Shown: positions 61,013 through 64,000 of the stretch, piece by piece
Layout: each line of letters starts with the position of its first letter
Numbering within the stretch: position 1 is the first letter of the stretch
Source of the DNA: an uncultured Actinomycetota bacterium
Lineage (GTDB): Bacteria > Actinomycetota > Aquicultoria > SKW223 > CALKMS01
Reading direction: 5' to 3'
Length of the DNA: 64,000 bases
Assembly (NCBI GenBank): GCA_964426525.1
Contig: CAYRQL010000004.1
Span: forward strand, 4,720 to 68,719
Notes under the pieces: model-generated
What the model saw: only the letters and a program-made list of their open reading frames with translations
The model's database searches: none
Told to the model about the DNA's origin: nothing
Made by a program: the position numbers and the translations under genes

Positions 61013-62772
61013 CTTTTTTTCAAAGCCCAAGGAAGATCGATTTTGATTTCACAACCCTGACTCGGCTTGCTTTTTACGCTTAAGGTTGCTTTTATTTCTC
61101 GGGCTCTTTCTTTAAGGTTTTTTAACCCTCTAGCCTCAGCTTTTTTCTTGGTTTCACGCACGTTGAATCCCACTCCATCATCCTTGATTTTTATATAAAA
61201 ATGTTTCTTGTTTTTATGATAACCCATTGTTACAACAATTTGCTTGGCTTGAGCGTGTTTAAAGATATTATGATAAGACTCCTGAATCATTCGGAATAGA
61301 TGCCTTTGAACTAAAGATGATAGTTTGGGAGGCTGGCGGTCAATCTTAAGTTTAACTTCAATGCCAGTATTTTTCTCAAAGCTAGCTGTGTACTTTTTTA
61401 CTAAATTGAAAAGGTCTTCTTGCCATTTAAGGCTTTCCCAATCAATAACAGCTAAACGAAGGTTTTTTAAGCTTCTCTTAACTATCTCTTTAGCTAACTC
61501 AACTTTTTTTTCTAAATCAGCTCTTTTTTTGGTATCCAAAGAGCTGAGAAGGCAATTTAAGCCATAAAGTTCTTGGACTACTGAATCGTGTAACTCAATG
61601 GACATTTTGTTTCTCTCTTCAGCAATGGTAGTTTTTTTAATTTTTTCATAGGATAAAGCGTGAAAAAAAGCCAGAGAAATTTGTTCAGCCAAAGTTTTTA
61701 AAAGTTCGCACTGTTCAGGAGAGAAGGTTTTGTTTTCTGGGGCTTCCACTAACAAAGCTCCTTGTACTTCGTTTTCGAAAATTAAAGGAAGAAAAGCAAA
61801 AGCTGAACGCGCAGGATAGCCTATTAATTCTTGAACTTCAGCAGCGAGAGGGTGCAGAGAAGTAACAACAACCATTTCTTTTTTTTGCAGAGCTAATCCA
61901 AGAGCGGTTTGATTTCCGATTTCGATTAAAGGGATTTTTTTATTAAACTTTTTGAACCTTCCTGATTGAGACCAGTGAAAAATGCTTTCTCCTTCAACTA
62001 AGCCCAGAGCAGCTTTAGGAAATCCCAGGTTTTCTAAGAAAGATAAAGTAATGCCTACTATTTCTTCTACCTCAGTTTGAGCTAAGATGCTCCGGGTGAT
62101 TTTTTGAATAGTTGTAATCTGGGCTAGAGTCTGACGCGTTTTTTCAAAAGCTTTTTTAACTTGATTTTCTTCCCTTTTTAGGGCTTCTCGCTGACTATCT
62201 GTTTGGTCGAGTACTTTTGAAAGAATAGTGATTATAAAAATTACGCCAAAAAAGTCAAAAAAATGAGCAACGAAAATATCTAACTGTTCAAGCTTGTTAA
62301 TGGTAGCGGGGGTAAAACCATTTACAACTAATGAAAGATAATAAAGGACTGACCAGAGCGAAAAGATGAGGGAGGAAACTTTCCAGCTGGAGTAGCGGGC
62401 AAAGATTATCAAAACCGAAAGAGTGTAGACAAAAAAAGGACTCCCCCAGCCTTTAGTTAAGGCAAGTAGGCCTGCGCTGAAAAAAAGGTCAGCTAGCCAG
62501 AAGAGATAAGCTCGGTGAAAAACTTTAGCCAGATATTTAATTTTTATAAGTAATATTAAGTTATAGATAAGTGTGGTGTACCAAAGTAGATCAAAAAGTG
62601 GAATTCGATCAAAAGGGGATATTGCTAAACTCATTATCAAGTAAGCTAAAATCAGTGAGAAGAAACGAAATATGAGTATAGCTAAAAGAAATTTTCGGTT
62701 AGTCTCCGGGAAATTGTGAGCTGACCGTAAGGCGCTTTCCTTCTTTTTTAATTCTAATCCAGCCGTTTTCAT
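61009..62772 (-). CDS. sensor histidine kinase: polytopic membrane domain + GAF + HisKA_3 + HATPase_c
   Basis: About six TM helices, a GAF-like core ('GALLVEAPEN'), the H-box 'IELHDSVVQELYGL', and ATPase 'DDGVGF'. Confidence 0.8.
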   Translation of the reverse strand: MKTAGLELKKKESALRSAHNFPETNRKFLLAILIFRFFSLILAYLIMSLAISPFDRIPLFDLLWYTTLIYNLILLIKIKYLAKVFHRAYLFWLADLFFSAGLLALTKGWGSPFFVYTLSVLIIFARYSSWKVSSLIFSLWSVLYYLSLVVNGFTPATINKLEQLDIFVAHFFDFFGVIFIITILSKVLDQTDSQREALKREENQVKKAFEKTRQTLAQITTIQKITRSILAQTEVEEIVGITLSFLENLGFPKAALGLVEGESIFHWSQSGRFKKFNKKIPLIEIGNQTALGLALQKKEMVVVTSLHPLAAEVQELIGYPARSAFAFLPLIFENEVQGALLVEAPENKTFSPEQCELLKTLAEQISLAFFHALSYEKIKKTTIAEERNKMSIELHDSVVQELYGLNCLLSSLDTKKRADLEKKVELAKEIVKRSLKNLRLAVIDWESLKWQEDLFNLVKKYTASFEKNTGIEVKLKIDRQPPKLSSLVQRHLFRMIQESYHNIFKHAQAKQIVVTMGYHKNKKHFYIKIKDDGVGFNVRETKKKAEARGLKNLKERAREIKATLSVKSKPSQGCEIKIDLPWALKKR

Positions 62773-64000
62773 CGGTTCGATAAACTCTGACCCTTTTCCT
62801 TCTCAATAGGGAGATAACTTCTTTTTTAGGATGACCGTATTGGTTGTTTTTTTTCAAGCAAATTATACCAATTTTTGGTTTAACTTTATTTAGAAATTCG
62901 GGTAAAAGAAAGCTACCGTGGTGAGGAAGTTTTAAAACCGTTGCTAGCTTTAATTTTTTGGTCAGCCAGGTTTGGCTTTTTTTCTCGGCATCGCCTGGAA
63001 ATAAAAAAGAAAACTTGCCAGTTTTAAAAACTGCTGTTAGAGGAGAGTCATTGAGGTCGCCGTCAAGATAAAATGGTATTAATTCAATAGTTCCGTCGGT
63101 AAGTTGAAAGGCAGTAATGTTTTTTGTAAGGTGAATTTTTACTTTGGCTTGCCGGTATTTCGAAATCAATTTCTGGAATTCTTCAGATTGAGGATAAGGT
63201 TGAGAGTATAATTCCCCAATTTTTAATTTATCAGGCAAGCTGTAAAGACTGCCGATATGGTCGTAGTGCGGATGAGAAAGAATGACAGCATCAATTTTCT
63301 GAATGGGCAAGGAGTGCAAACTTTTAAATAGTAGAGAGCTTGAGGGTCCTCCGTCGATTAATAAATTTTGCCCTCGTGGTAGCTGGATAAGGCAGGCATC
63401 TCCCTGCCCAACATTTAAGAAAGTAACAGTTGGCGGATGAAAATAAGTACATAAGGAGTAATGCCAGAGCACAAAAGAGAAAATTAGTAGATAATAAGTT
63501 AAAAAGCTAAAAAGATTAATTTTTAATTTTTGTTTTAATATGATTTTAGAGGAAAAGACTGAAAGAAGGGAGAAAAAGGTTAAAATTGTCATAACCGGAC
63601 TCAGCGGAGGAAATAAAGATAAAGTTTTAACAGTTAAAATTATTATTCTGGCAGCAAGAAAGAGTAAAGGCATAAGTGGTAGGGTTAAAAATGAGGCAAG
63701 AAGGCTTAAAGCAAATGCAAAGAAAGCAAATGAGATAACCAAGCTAAAAAGAGGAATAATTAAAAGGTTGGACAGAATAGAAATTAAGGGAAAGTTTCCA
63801 AAAACATATAGCACCAGAGGTAGGGTGCCTAGTTGAGCAGAGAGAGTTATGTTAATAAGACTTTTTAAGCTTTCAGGATAAATCGAGACAAATTGGTCGA
63901 GTAGAGGTTTGAAAAATCCGATGCCAGCTACAGCCAGAGCTGAAAGTTGGAAGCTTAAGTTATGGAGCAAAAAAGGGTTAAAAAAAAGCATTATAAAACA
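62699..64000 (-). CDS. comEC: DNA internalisation competence protein ComEC/Rec2, C-terminal part (gene continues beyond the window end)
   Basis: Competence-domain TM helices and the C-terminal MBL domain ('NVGQGDA', 'LSHPHYDHIG'). Confidence 0.8.
   Translation of the reverse strand, partial: CFIMLFFNPFLLHNLSFQLSALAVAGIGFFKPLLDQFVSIYPESLKSLINITLSAQLGTLPLVLYVFGNFPLISILSNLLIIPLFSLVISFAFFAFALSLLASFLTLPLMPLLFLAARIIILTVKTLSLFPPLSPVMTILTFFSLLSVFSSKIILKQKLKINLFSFLTYYLLIFSFVLWHYSLCTYFHPPTVTFLNVGQGDACLIQLPRGQNLLIDGGPSSSLLFKSLHSLPIQKIDAVILSHPHYDHIGSLYSLPDKLKIGELYSQPYPQSEEFQKLISKYRQAKVKIHLTKNITAFQLTDGTIELIPFYLDGDLNDSPLTAVFKTGKFSFLFPGDAEKKSQTWLTKKLKLATVLKLPHHGSFLLPEFLNKVKPKIGIICLKKNNQYGHPKKEVISLLRRKRVRVYRTDENGWIRIKKEGKRLTVSSQFPGD

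Overview
This 64 kb window is a low-GC (about 40%), gene-dense bacterial chromosome segment. Its gene content and order look Firmicutes-like: tgt-yajC-secDF, relA-dtd-hisS-aspS, rimP-nusA-ylxR-infB-ylxP-rbfA-nrnA-truB-ribF, lysA-hom-thrC-thrB, pdxST-yebC-ruvCAB-queH-DUF2905-queA-ligA-gatCA, pabBC, rpsT/holA/comEC. Most of it is housekeeping: translation, secretion, recombination, and amino-acid and cofactor biosynthesis. Many gene junctions overlap (ATGA/GTGA translational coupling), TTG and GTG starts are common, and I found only one clean intrinsic terminator.

I call three tRNA genes: Gly-GCC, Cys-GCA and Ala-GGC. There are no CRISPR arrays, transposases, integrases or phage genes.

The parts that are not plain housekeeping are:
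- A roughly 205-nt highly structured, promoter-driven 5' leader RNA of unknown class, between aspS and a cluster of three envelope proteins (a thioredoxin-like lipoprotein, a double-zinc-ribbon membrane protein, and a large Ig-like surface lipoprotein with an internal domain duplication).
- A NarL-type two-component system (polytopic GAF histidine kinase plus LuxR response regulator) inserted into, and translationally coupled within, the comEC-holA operon.
- A GntR-ABC-ABC2 module with a palindromic candidate operator.
- An rsfS gene whose conserved N-terminus can only be encoded from a CUG start.
- Several small repeats and hairpins.

Coordinates derived by hand (tRNAs, motifs, alternative starts) may be off by 1-2 nt. 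I did not use any database search results.
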